DNA from: a virus
IMG/VR virus record: IMGVR_UViG_3300021408_000004
Coordinates: 2,983 to 66,982 of that record
Length of the DNA: 64,000 nucleotides
Reading direction: 5' to 3' (one strand)
A model generated the notes under the pieces. It was not told where the DNA came from. It did no database searches and saw nothing but the letters and a program-made list of their open reading frames with translations. Positions 9,643 to 17,840 of this stretch are shown here, piece by piece. The translations under genes were made by a program, and so were the position numbers. The first letter of the stretch is position 1. The number at the start of each line of letters is the position of its first letter.

Positions 9643-10766
9643 TGGGCACCAGCCGTCACCTTCAACGCGCCCGCCGTCGAGAGCCCCCGCTGGTGATCGA
9701 CCGCGGCCTGCCAGGCCTCGGCCCAACGCCACGCGTTGCCCTCGATGGTGTTGACGCGTGCCGCCTCGCGCCCCGCTTCGGACATCTCCTGCCGGCGCTC
9801 GGGATCGTTGGCGAGCGCCCGCAGCAGCCCACCCCACTCCCGGGGCCGTCGCGCCAGCACCGTGCCGGCGCTCTCCGCAGCCCAGCCCGAGTAGTCGTCC
9901 GTCGGCGACGCCACACACGGCACCCCCACAGCGTTCAGCTCCAGGGGCTTGAGCCTGCTCTTGGCCGTGTTGAACCGGGTGTCGGCCAGCGGCGCGATGC
10001 CCACCCCGAACTGGGAGAGCGCCATGGGCCAGTCGTCGAGCCCCACCGGCCCGGGCCCGGGCGGGTCCTCGGCCAGGCCCAGCACCCGGCCGACCTCGTC
10101 GCGGCGGCCGACCGTTTCGAACCGGCCGCCGTCGGCCAGCAGCCGACCCACCGCAGGCCCGACCTGCTGGAGGTCATCGGGGTGCGAGTGCACCGACCCG
10201 CCCCACCCGACCAGGTCGCTGTCGACGTGCTCGACGTCGAGGTACCGGCCCGGGATGTAGTTGGGGACCACCACCGTGCCGGCGCCACCGGGGTTGGCGT
10301 ACACCTTCGCCAGCAGGGGCGTGGTCACCGTCACCAGCGTGGCCAGAGCGCACGCCCGGGCGGCGTTCGGGGCCGAGTGCGGGTTGTCCAGCCACACCCC
10401 GCTCTCCGGGTGCCGGATCCGCTTCGCCAACGTGGCGAACGCAGGGTTCGCCGGGTGGATGTGGCCCAGGTCGTCGTCCATGTCGACGATCACCGCGCAG
10501 CCCCGGGCCCGGGCCAGGGGGATCATGTCGGCCAGGAACTTGACGGTGGGCCGCTGGAGCACGATGGCGTCGGCGTCGGCCGGGAACTTCTCCTCGCACA
10601 CCTGGCCCTTGAAATTGAACCCGACGTGCACAGCCCGGGCCTCGGGGGCGACCACCTCGACGTGCCAGTCGGGCCGCAGGGCGGCGACGGCGGCGGCCGG
10701 CCAGATCATGCGGTAGGAGCCGCACCCCCACCGGTCCCCCGGGTAGAGGTATATCCGGTAGCTCAC
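9639..10766 (-). CDS. GT-B (GT4-like) glycosyltransferase
   Basis: GCGSYRM, VIVDMDDD, VGWGGS..H..DL, GIAPL...FN..KS.LK.LE...GVPCVAS. Confidence 0.85.
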   Translation of the reverse strand: MSYRIYLYPGDRWGCGSYRMIWPAAAVAALRPDWHVEVVAPEARAVHVGFNFKGQVCEEKFPADADAIVLQRPTVKFLADMIPLARARGCAVIVDMDDDLGHIHPANPAFATLAKRIRHPESGVWLDNPHSAPNAARACALATLVTVTTPLLAKVYANPGGAGTVVVPNYIPGRYLDVEHVDSDLVGWGGSVHSHPDDLQQVGPAVGRLLADGGRFETVGRRDEVGRVLGLAEDPPGPGPVGLDDWPMALSQFGVGIAPLADTRFNTAKSRLKPLELNAVGVPCVASPTDDYSGWAAESAGTVLARRPREWGGLLRALANDPERRQEMSEAGREAARVNTIEGNAWRWAEAWQAAVDHQRGLSTAGALKVTAGAQ

Positions 10767-10972
10767 GGCGCAGCTCGGAGCGTCAGGCCCCGGGCCAGCC
10801 CCATCGTTGTCCACACCGTGAGGAACTTATCCACAGCGATGATCGTGCGGCCTTCCTGGGTGCCGTCGGTGTAGGCGAAGTCGACCGTGCCGTCGGCGAC
10901 GATGCCGTGGCCCACCACGGTGCCAGCGTCGTCGACCGCTTCGAACATGCCCTCGTCGTTCGTGGGGATCAC
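10763..10972 (-). CDS. Small hypothetical protein
   Basis: Fills the operon gap with a coupled stop/start. Confidence 0.5.
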   Translation of the reverse strand: MIPTNDEGMFEAVDDAGTVVGHGIVADGTVDFAYTDGTQEGRTIIAVDKFLTVWTTMGLARGLTLRAAP

Positions 10973-10975
10973 CAG

Positions 10976-11569
10976 CTACTCCTCGGGCTTGCGGGCCAGG
11001 GCCTCGACGTTCAGGTACGCCTCCGCCGCAGGATTCCACCTGGTGACCTCGGGCGGGGGGATGATCTTGCACGGGTAGGTGTAGCCGGCGGACAGCACCA
11101 CCAGGCCGGCGTCTTCCATGAGCACCCGCAGCGCCTTGTCGGAGAACCGGAAGTAGTCCGACGGGTAGCCGTGGATCGGGAACGACTGGTGGGTCTGGAC
11201 GTACACCAGACCACCGGGGCGCACGACGTCGGCCGCTGCTTGCATCGCGAGCCACGGCCGCTCCAGGTGTTCGAACAGGGAGCACGCCACGTAGGCGTCG
11301 AAGGTGTAGCCCAGCTCCCGCTCCCGCTGGAACACGGCCAGGGTGTGGGCGTCCTCGACGACGTCGACGTCGGTGCCCTCGTAGGCGTCGACCTTTGTCC
11401 ACGTCCCGTGGGGGGCCCACGCGGTGTGGTGGGTCGGGTTGGCCTCTTCCGACCGGAGGGTGCCGACCTCGATGATCTGCGGGTGCTCGATGTCGGCCAG
11501 GGCCTCGACGAGGCAGGCGGCGCCGTCGGCCGGCGTGGCCCCGATGCGGGCGGGGTCGAGCGGGCTCAC
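10976..11569 (-). CDS. Class I SAM-dependent methyltransferase
   Basis: IIEVGT, VDVVEDAH, FEHLERPW...RPGG, HGYPSDYFRF. Confidence 0.85.
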   Translation of the reverse strand: MSPLDPARIGATPADGAACLVEALADIEHPQIIEVGTLRSEEANPTHHTAWAPHGTWTKVDAYEGTDVDVVEDAHTLAVFQRERELGYTFDAYVACSLFEHLERPWLAMQAAADVVRPGGLVYVQTHQSFPIHGYPSDYFRFSDKALRVLMEDAGLVVLSAGYTYPCKIIPPPEVTRWNPAAEAYLNVEALARKPEE

Positions 11570-12102
11570 GAGCGCACCAGCCCGAGCACGAACCCGAGGA
11601 CCTCGGCGGCGTCGGTGGCGGTGCACACGTACCCGCCCCGGACCGCCTCGACCTGGTCGCGCAACTGCGGGCGGAGCGCCCGGTTGTAGCGCAGGATGTC
11701 CTCGCGCTCCCGGCGCGGCTTGCTGTCCAGCCGCTGGTTCAGCCGCTGCCGGACGACCGACCATGGGGGGTCGAGCAGCACCCAGCTGACGTCATGGATC
11801 CGGTCCCCGACCTGACCCCACGCCGGGGACTCGATCACCCGGAACGGCCACGTGATCCCGGTGATCACGTACCGGAGGTCCGCCGTGGGCTGGTCGGCGA
11901 CGGCAAGCAGGTGCTCGGCGGCGCGCCAGCGGAGCCAGTCGAGCCACGCCGTGGCCGGTTGCGACTCGTCGGGGGCGTGCCGGTCGAGGTCCCACCAGCC
12001 GGCGGCCAGCTGGTCCTCTTCCAGAGCCTCGCCGACGTGGGACTTGCCGGCGCCCGACACACCGGTGACGAACAGGGCCCGGGGCTTGTCGATCACGCCC
12101 AT
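11566..12102 (-). CDS. P-loop kinase (NMP-kinase-like)
   Basis: N-terminal Walker A VTGVSGAGKS; lid-like RQRLNQR. Confidence 0.75.
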   Translation of the reverse strand: MGVIDKPRALFVTGVSGAGKSHVGEALEEDQLAAGWWDLDRHAPDESQPATAWLDWLRWRAAEHLLAVADQPTADLRYVITGITWPFRVIESPAWGQVGDRIHDVSWVLLDPPWSVVRQRLNQRLDSKPRREREDILRYNRALRPQLRDQVEAVRGGYVCTATDAAEVLGFVLGLVRS

Positions 12103-12139
12103 CAGGCCGCCCTCCGGGCGGGCAGGTCGAGAAGGTCCA

Positions 12140-13012
12140 TCAGACCGGTTGGTCCGTCACGATGGGCCAAAAGTACCCGCCCGCCTTGTGCTGGACGGGC
12201 TCGTAGCCAGCCCCGGCGAAGTCGCGGCGGGTGTTGATGCCGGAGAAGTGGGCGATGAGCGCCGGGCGGTAGGTGTTCCGGATCCGCGGCGCGCTGCCAC
12301 GGTGGTAGAGCCGGGGGTGCCACAGCAGCACGTCCCCGGCGTCGGGGAGCCAGTCGATCACCTCGGCGGTCCGGTCGACGATCTCCTGCTCGACCAGCTC
12401 GGTCAGCACGGCCTCGGTGTGCGCCGGCCAGGCGGGGTCCGCCATGTCGACGATGCCGGAGGCGGCCACACGGCTGTTGGTGAGCCGGTGCCAGCGGTGC
12501 GAGCCGGGGATGAACTGGAACGGGCCGGCGTCGGGCTCGACCTCACCCAGCGAGATCCACACGGCGGCGTACGCGTCGCCGACGTGGTCGGGGTTCAGGT
12601 AGCCGTCCTGGTGCCAGTTCCGCTGGGTCGACGTCCACCCGGTCAGGTTCAGGTGGAGCCCCATCGGCTCGCCGGTGGCGTCCTCCAGCGCTTTCGCCAG
12701 GTCGCCGTTCATGCACAGCTCCAGGAGGGCGGGCTGACGCATGTAGGGGCAGGCGTCGGGCCAGCCGCCGGGGCGTTCGGCGTCGACGGTGAAGAGGCGG
12801 CCGGGGTCGCCGGCCAGCTTCCAGGTCCCGTCGCCGCCCTCGACCACTGCGGGCTCCAGGCCGTGCCAGCCGTTGGCGACCATCCATTCGTCCTGGTAGG
12901 CCCGGATCTGGTCCTCGGGGATCATGGCGGAGAACGGCAACACGCCGTCCTCGCTCCAGTCGGCCGGGCCAGGGTCGGGGGCGGGTATCGAGAGGTCGTC
13001 GAGGGTGATCAT
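12140..13012 (-). CDS. PhyH-family 2-oxoglutarate/Fe(II) dioxygenase
   Basis: WHQD, AVWISL, GPFQFIPGSH, GDVLLWH..LYHRGS, distal R; TACGGT -10 six nt before ATG. Confidence 0.85.
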   Translation of the reverse strand: MITLDDLSIPAPDPGPADWSEDGVLPFSAMIPEDQIRAYQDEWMVANGWHGLEPAVVEGGDGTWKLAGDPGRLFTVDAERPGGWPDACPYMRQPALLELCMNGDLAKALEDATGEPMGLHLNLTGWTSTQRNWHQDGYLNPDHVGDAYAAVWISLGEVEPDAGPFQFIPGSHRWHRLTNSRVAASGIVDMADPAWPAHTEAVLTELVEQEIVDRTAEVIDWLPDAGDVLLWHPRLYHRGSAPRIRNTYRPALIAHFSGINTRRDFAGAGYEPVQHKAGGYFWPIVTDQPV

Positions 13013-13036
13013 GCGGACACCGTAGCCCGAGCAGGC

Positions 13037-13075
13037 GTTACCGCACTTGCCACAGGCCCGTTACCGTGGTACAAC
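13037..13075 (+). promoter_or_regulatory. GTTACCG-box family promoter
   Basis: GTTACCGCAC-TTGCCA-caggcccGTTACCGTGG-TACAAC. Confidence 0.6.
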
Positions 13076-13226
13076 CCGGGGTGACGCCTGCCGGGTGCCA
13101 GACACGAGACCCGGATGGTGCGCTCTCGGCCTCCAGCAGGAGGCCGACGGCCCGGTCCGCCACCCACCGGAAGACGTGGAAGTGCTGGTCGTCGCCGTTG
13201 CTGGCCGGCGGCGACCGGTGCGAACC

Positions 13227-13267
13227 GTTACCGGGGGCTTGCACGTCAGGCGTTACCGTGGTACGGT
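13227..13267 (+). promoter_or_regulatory. GTTACCG-box family promoter, leaderless
   Basis: GTTACCG...TTGCAC-gtcaggcGTTACCGTGG-TACGGT-N6-ATG(13274). Confidence 0.8.
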
Positions 13268-13273
13268 ACCCGC

Positions 13274-13522
13274 ATGGTCCTCACCGACACCCCGCAGAAC
13301 GTGATCAGCTCCGCCTCCAACCCCCGCGCCGCCCTGGTGTGCGAGGAGCACGGCCTCCAGCTGACCCGGGCCCGGTACTTCGTCGCCTCCCACCTGCCGT
13401 GGGATGCCCCGGGGACCTGCGTCCCCCTCGGCCTCACCGACGACGTCGAGCTGGCCCTCCGGGTGAAGGACGCCCTCACGCCCGTGGTGCCCGGCGAGAC
13501 CTTCTCCGTCCGCACCTGGTAG
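13274..13522 (+). CDS. Cassette (moron-like) hypothetical protein
   Basis: Starts MVLTDTPQ six nt after the -10; opposite strand to its neighbours; followed by a hairpin. Confidence 0.7.
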   Translation: MVLTDTPQNVISSASNPRAALVCEEHGLQLTRARYFVASHLPWDAPGTCVPLGLTDDVELALRVKDALTPVVPGETFSVRTW

Positions 13523-13537
13523 TCCGCCACCAGCCGC

Positions 13538-13576
13538 ACCGCCCCCGGATCTCGACGGACCGAGCCGGGGGCGGTT
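13538..13576. terminator. Hairpin between the cassette gene and the end of the tail operon
   Basis: ACCGCCCCCGG ... CCGGGGGCGGT. Confidence 0.6.
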
Positions 13577-13582
13577 GCGCGT

Positions 13583-15271
13583 CTACATCTCGTTGATGCG
13601 GAGCGGCCCGACCTGGAGGTTGTGGGGGAGCCCGTCGAACAGGCCTACGTGGGCGAACAGCTGACCGCACGGCGCGTAGCCCGCGTAGCCCCAGCCACCG
13701 GAGTCGACCCAGTCCATCGTGAAGTCGGGGTCGTCCCACTCGGGGGGATCCATGCCGAGCGGGTAGAACCGGCCGAGCATGTTGGTGCCGACCTTCTGGG
13801 TGTCGGCCCGGAACGGGTAGCACGACCCGAAGTCGGCCCAGGAGCCGGCGCCGCCGTTGGGGATGTCGACCCCAGCCTGGGGATACGTGATGTGGTTGGC
13901 GTCGGAGCGGGTCGCGCCCACCACGTTGTGGTTGCCGAGGGGCCCGGCGATGACGAGGTTCAGGGTGCGGGAGCGGAGGTTGCGGTCGAGGTCGTCGGCG
14001 TGCACCACCAGCGTCACCTGACCGCCGATGCGCTCGGAGGCCAGGACCTCACCACCAGCGGACAGGCGGAGCCCGGGGATCACCTGGTTCGTGTTCCCTG
14101 ACAGCACCAGGTCGTCGTCGTCGACGGTGCCCGACCACACCCCCATGTTCACGATCCACGGGGACACGCCGAAGATGTCGCCCCACACCATGTTCAGCAG
14201 GTAGGTGCCGGCCTCGATGTGGCCGGCGTGGACGTTGCCCTGCTGGCCGACCATCAGGCCGCCGTTCTGCTGGTACCAGGTGCTACTCACGTAGCTGTCG
14301 ACGGCGTTCAGCTCGCGCAGGAGGTAGACGTGGCGTTCGTTGCCGTCGGCGCCGGACAGCTTGTGGAACTCGCCCCGGCGGCCGCCCGGGTGGATGGCGG
14401 TGGTGACCTCGTTGACGTTGCGGAGCGCAGGGTTGGGATCCACCGTGGTGTTCACGACGTCGAAGCGGTCCCAGTCCGAGGGCTCCCACCCGACGTAGGC
14501 GGCGCGGCGGTCGCGGAGCGTCGCGAGGAGGAACGCTGCGACGACGTCGGAGGGCACGAGGTGCCGCTGGGCCTGGGTGCCGTCGAACTCGATGGCGGTG
14601 GCACCGGTCAGCTCGGCGAACGCCTGCACGTCGGACGGGTTGATCTGGGTGTCGGCGTCGCCGTACCAGAGCCCGATCTTGTGGGCGAACGGCCGGATCT
14701 GGTCGAGGTTGGCCATGGGGTCGATGGTGGGGAGCGCCGCCGTCCACATCGGGGCCCCACCCCATGCGGTGTTGATGGCGGTCTGCAACGAGGGGTTGTC
14801 GGTGTAGAAGGCGTCGGCGTCGACGATCGGGCCGATGAGCGCGACGGCCAGCACCAGCCCGGGGTTGCGCCACGCCCAGTTCAGGGCGTTTAGGGAGCCC
14901 ATGCCCACGCCGATGACAGCGACCTTGTCGGTGCGGGTGCCGATCCACACCTGGCCGGCGGCCCACGCCAGGGCGTCGTCGACCCAGCCACCCGACCCGA
15001 CGACCGCCGGGTTGGCCCACTGGGACAGGCCACCCAGCTGGGCGGCGAGCATCGGGTAGCTGGTCGAGGTGACAGCGGAGAAGAGGCCGTCCCAACCGCC
15101 GTCGAGGGTGTCCACGGCGGTCGCCTGGTAGTCGTGGAAGAACAGCACCGGGATGTCGCCCTGGGGGGCGTGGACGCGCCCGACGTGCAGGGCCACCTGC
15201 TCGCCCACAGCGGAGCTGTCAGGCGTGTAGCGGGTCCACCGGGTGTTCCCCAGCGGGGGGACGATGCTCAC
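13583..15271 (-). CDS. Tail-associated protein with N-terminal alpha/beta-hydrolase-like domain
   Basis: VLFFH, IGVGMGSLNALNWA elbow-like motif, WYGDAD; last gene of the tail operon. Confidence 0.55.
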   Translation of the reverse strand: MSIVPPLGNTRWTRYTPDSSAVGEQVALHVGRVHAPQGDIPVLFFHDYQATAVDTLDGGWDGLFSAVTSTSYPMLAAQLGGLSQWANPAVVGSGGWVDDALAWAAGQVWIGTRTDKVAVIGVGMGSLNALNWAWRNPGLVLAVALIGPIVDADAFYTDNPSLQTAINTAWGGAPMWTAALPTIDPMANLDQIRPFAHKIGLWYGDADTQINPSDVQAFAELTGATAIEFDGTQAQRHLVPSDVVAAFLLATLRDRRAAYVGWEPSDWDRFDVVNTTVDPNPALRNVNEVTTAIHPGGRRGEFHKLSGADGNERHVYLLRELNAVDSYVSSTWYQQNGGLMVGQQGNVHAGHIEAGTYLLNMVWGDIFGVSPWIVNMGVWSGTVDDDDLVLSGNTNQVIPGLRLSAGGEVLASERIGGQVTLVVHADDLDRNLRSRTLNLVIAGPLGNHNVVGATRSDANHITYPQAGVDIPNGGAGSWADFGSCYPFRADTQKVGTNMLGRFYPLGMDPPEWDDPDFTMDWVDSGGWGYAGYAPCGQLFAHVGLFDGLPHNLQVGPLRINEM

Positions 15272-16080
15272 GCCGCGACGGCCCGTAGGGAGGCCAGGCC
15301 CAGGACGGAGGCGGCGACCCGGGTAGTCAGGTTGCCGCCGATGCCGGTGCCGGCGATGACGTAGTCCCCGGCGGAGTGGGCGGCCAGGCGGGCGAACGGG
15401 TCGACGACCCGGTGGGTGGTGGTGTCCATGTCGGGCACCGGCACGCCGTCGAGCGCCGCGAAGATGCCCAGCGCGGCCTGCGGGTAGATCCCGAACGACG
15501 CCTCGGCCGGCCCACCGGAGGGCTGGATGCCGGGGATGTGGCCGATCAGGTACACCGGCCGGGAGAGGTCGGGGATGGTGACGAGCAGGCCCGGCACGGC
15601 CGCGGTGAACAGGCCGCCTCCGGTGCCGGTGATCGTGACCGTCGAGGAGATCGACGCGAACGCGATCTCCAGGCCACCCCCGTGCAGGGCCTGGTCAGCG
15701 GCGTGGGCGGCGAGGGCGGTGGGGGTGATCGATCCCAGGGGGTCGTCCTCCAGTTCGAAGGCGTCATAGGGGCCGCCGGTGACGGGCACCGTGAGGAACG
15801 ACACCGGGTAGATGCCGCAGCCGGGCACGGAGCGCTCCACGCGCCACGTCGTGCCGGGCGGCAGGATGTCGCTGGACGGCGGCAGGTCGAGCGACCAGAC
15901 ACCCGCGTTGTTGATGCCGTCCCCGGTAGTGAGGACGGTCTCCCCGACGATCGTGGTGTTGTTGGAGATCCGCTTGCCGACCACCGGCCGGCCCTGGGCC
16001 CCGGCGAGACGCACGGAGACCCGGGCAGGCCACGGGGTGCTCGTGTCGGGCTTGTCGAGGTCTTCCTGGACAACGGTCAC
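15268..16080 (-). CDS. Minor tail protein
   Basis: Position; GVWSLDL...PPGTTWRVE N-terminus seen in actinophage fibre proteins. Confidence 0.55.
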   Translation of the reverse strand: MTVVQEDLDKPDTSTPWPARVSVRLAGAQGRPVVGKRISNNTTIVGETVLTTGDGINNAGVWSLDLPPSSDILPPGTTWRVERSVPGCGIYPVSFLTVPVTGGPYDAFELEDDPLGSITPTALAAHAADQALHGGGLEIAFASISSTVTITGTGGGLFTAAVPGLLVTIPDLSRPVYLIGHIPGIQPSGGPAEASFGIYPQAALGIFAALDGVPVPDMDTTTHRVVDPFARLAAHSAGDYVIAGTGIGGNLTTRVAASVLGLASLRAVAA

Positions 16081-16098
16081 CGTCGGGCCTCCTCAGTC

Positions 16099-16731
16099 TC
16101 AGTCGGGGTTCTGGATGCGGGCAAGGTAGCTGACGCCGTCGAACACGGCCTCGGCCCCGCTCGCTACCGACACCATCCCCGTGGCGTAGTCGATCCCCAG
16201 CGACACGTGGGCCCCGAGGACGCCCTGGCCGGAGATCAACAGATCGTTGTCGGGCCAATAGGCCTCGGGGAGCGGGAAGATCGTCGTCAGGGCGCCGGAG
16301 GTGCGGGTGGCGCGGCCACGAAGCTCGACGCGCCCGGACCGCATCGTGAACATGACCTGCGCCGGCCCGTTCTGGCCGGGCGGGAGGGTGCCGGCGGAGT
16401 GGCCCCAGCCGGTCTGGAACACGGGCTCGCCGTCGCCTCCCACGACGTGCCAGTCGTCCCAGTCGCCCTGGCCGCGGCCGATGACGAGGCAGAGGGCCCG
16501 GTCGCCCATGTACAGGAGCTTGCACCGGTCCCCGGGCCGGAACGTGATGGGGGCGACGATCTCGGCGCCGTGCGCGTCGTTGGGGCCGTCGGCCTGGACC
16601 ATCGCGATGGTGTTGGTGGGGTCGGTCGAGACGATGACGCCGGAGATGATCGACGGGATGAGCTGGCGCGCTGCGGCGGCGCCGGCCTGGGCGGCGGCGT
16701 TGACCATCTCGCGTTGGACGGGGGTCAGCAC
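16099..16731 (-). CDS. Minor tail protein
   Basis: PGDRC..L N-terminal domain plus C-terminal GRVELRG...IFPLPEAYWP tail-tip motif. Confidence 0.65.
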   Translation of the reverse strand: MLTPVQREMVNAAAQAGAAAARQLIPSIISGVIVSTDPTNTIAMVQADGPNDAHGAEIVAPITFRPGDRCKLLYMGDRALCLVIGRGQGDWDDWHVVGGDGEPVFQTGWGHSAGTLPPGQNGPAQVMFTMRSGRVELRGRATRTSGALTTIFPLPEAYWPDNDLLISGQGVLGAHVSLGIDYATGMVSVASGAEAVFDGVSYLARIQNPD

Positions 16732-17840
16732 TACGCGGCCTCCTGGAGTAGGTCGGCGAACGCCTCGGCCCACACCCGGCGCAGCTCGTGCGTCATGTTG
16801 GCCCCGGCGGTCAGTGGCAGGGTCCACGACTGCTCACGGAACTTGTCGCCCTCCCAGCCGACCACGTCGAACGTGTCGTGGCGCGGGTCGATCGCGGTGG
16901 CGAAGTTGAGCCACCGGTAGGTGGCGAAGTCGGCCTGCCCGATCGCTTTCGCCATGGCCCGGGCCTGCGCGTTCGACCCGACGCCCTGCACGTTGTGGGT
17001 CTGGACGATGGCGCGGCCCCGGTTGGCCTCGGAATGCGGGGCCTCGGCGGGGACCTTCCACTCGCCCCAGATCGGGCCACCACCCATCCCCGTGTTGACG
17101 ACCAGGTAGACGTTCGGGGCGTCCAGGAGGTCGTCGGACTCCTTGATCGTGCCGGCGACCACGTTGCGGCGGGGCCCGTAGACCAGGGTGGGCTCGACGG
17201 CGGTCATCGACGGCACCGACCGGAGCACGGCCCGGCCCGTGTTGTCGAAGTACAGGGAGTAGAACCCGGCCATCGCGGCGAGATCGTTGATGATCGTCAG
17301 CCGGGTGGCCTCGGGTTTCCACACCACCCACTCGGACAGGGTGACGTCGGTGAACTCGATGTCGTGCTCTGTGACCCCGTTGGCCTCGACCTGCTGGATG
17401 AGCAGGTCGTAAACCCGGGCCCCGGGGGCGCCGAACGTGACGCCCCGCGATGCCTGGTCGAAGATGACGAGCTGATCGAGCAGTGACCCGCTGGTGGTCG
17501 ACCCGGGCCCCACGGAGGCCAGGTCGACGGAGCCGTACAGCTCGACGGATCGGGTGGCGTCAGCGAACAGGAAGACGCCCAGCGGCCACTCAGAGCCGTC
17601 CTGCAACACCATCCACGGGCGCAGCCGCTCGGTGAGCGTGTTGATCTCCGCCGTCACCGCGGGGGGCAGCGTCAGGCCGGTGAGGGACCGCTTCACCTTG
17701 CGGTTGATGTTGTTGGTGATCGACGACCCGCCGGTCTGGACGGTGAGGTCGCCCAGAAAGCTGTTCTGCTGGTCGAGCAGCTCGAAGCGGAACGACTCGG
17801 CCCGCTGACTCCAGCCGTCGAGGGTCAGCAGGTCGGTCAC
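16731..17840 (-). CDS. Minor tail (hub-like) protein
   Basis: EWPLGVF, LYFDNTG, PNVYLVV, DPRH; second gene after the tape measure. Confidence 0.7.
   Translation of the reverse strand: MTDLLTLDGWSQRAESFRFELLDQQNSFLGDLTVQTGGSSITNNINRKVKRSLTGLTLPPAVTAEINTLTERLRPWMVLQDGSEWPLGVFLFADATRSVELYGSVDLASVGPGSTTSGSLLDQLVIFDQASRGVTFGAPGARVYDLLIQQVEANGVTEHDIEFTDVTLSEWVVWKPEATRLTIINDLAAMAGFYSLYFDNTGRAVLRSVPSMTAVEPTLVYGPRRNVVAGTIKESDDLLDAPNVYLVVNTGMGGGPIWGEWKVPAEAPHSEANRGRAIVQTHNVQGVGSNAQARAMAKAIGQADFATYRWLNFATAIDPRHDTFDVVGWEGDKFREQSWTLPLTAGANMTHELRRVWAEAFADLLQEAA

Noticed and set aside
13066-13596. 176-aa plus ORF across both box promoters
   Set aside because: Arg/Pro-rich off-frame composition; overlaps the better supported 13274-13522 gene
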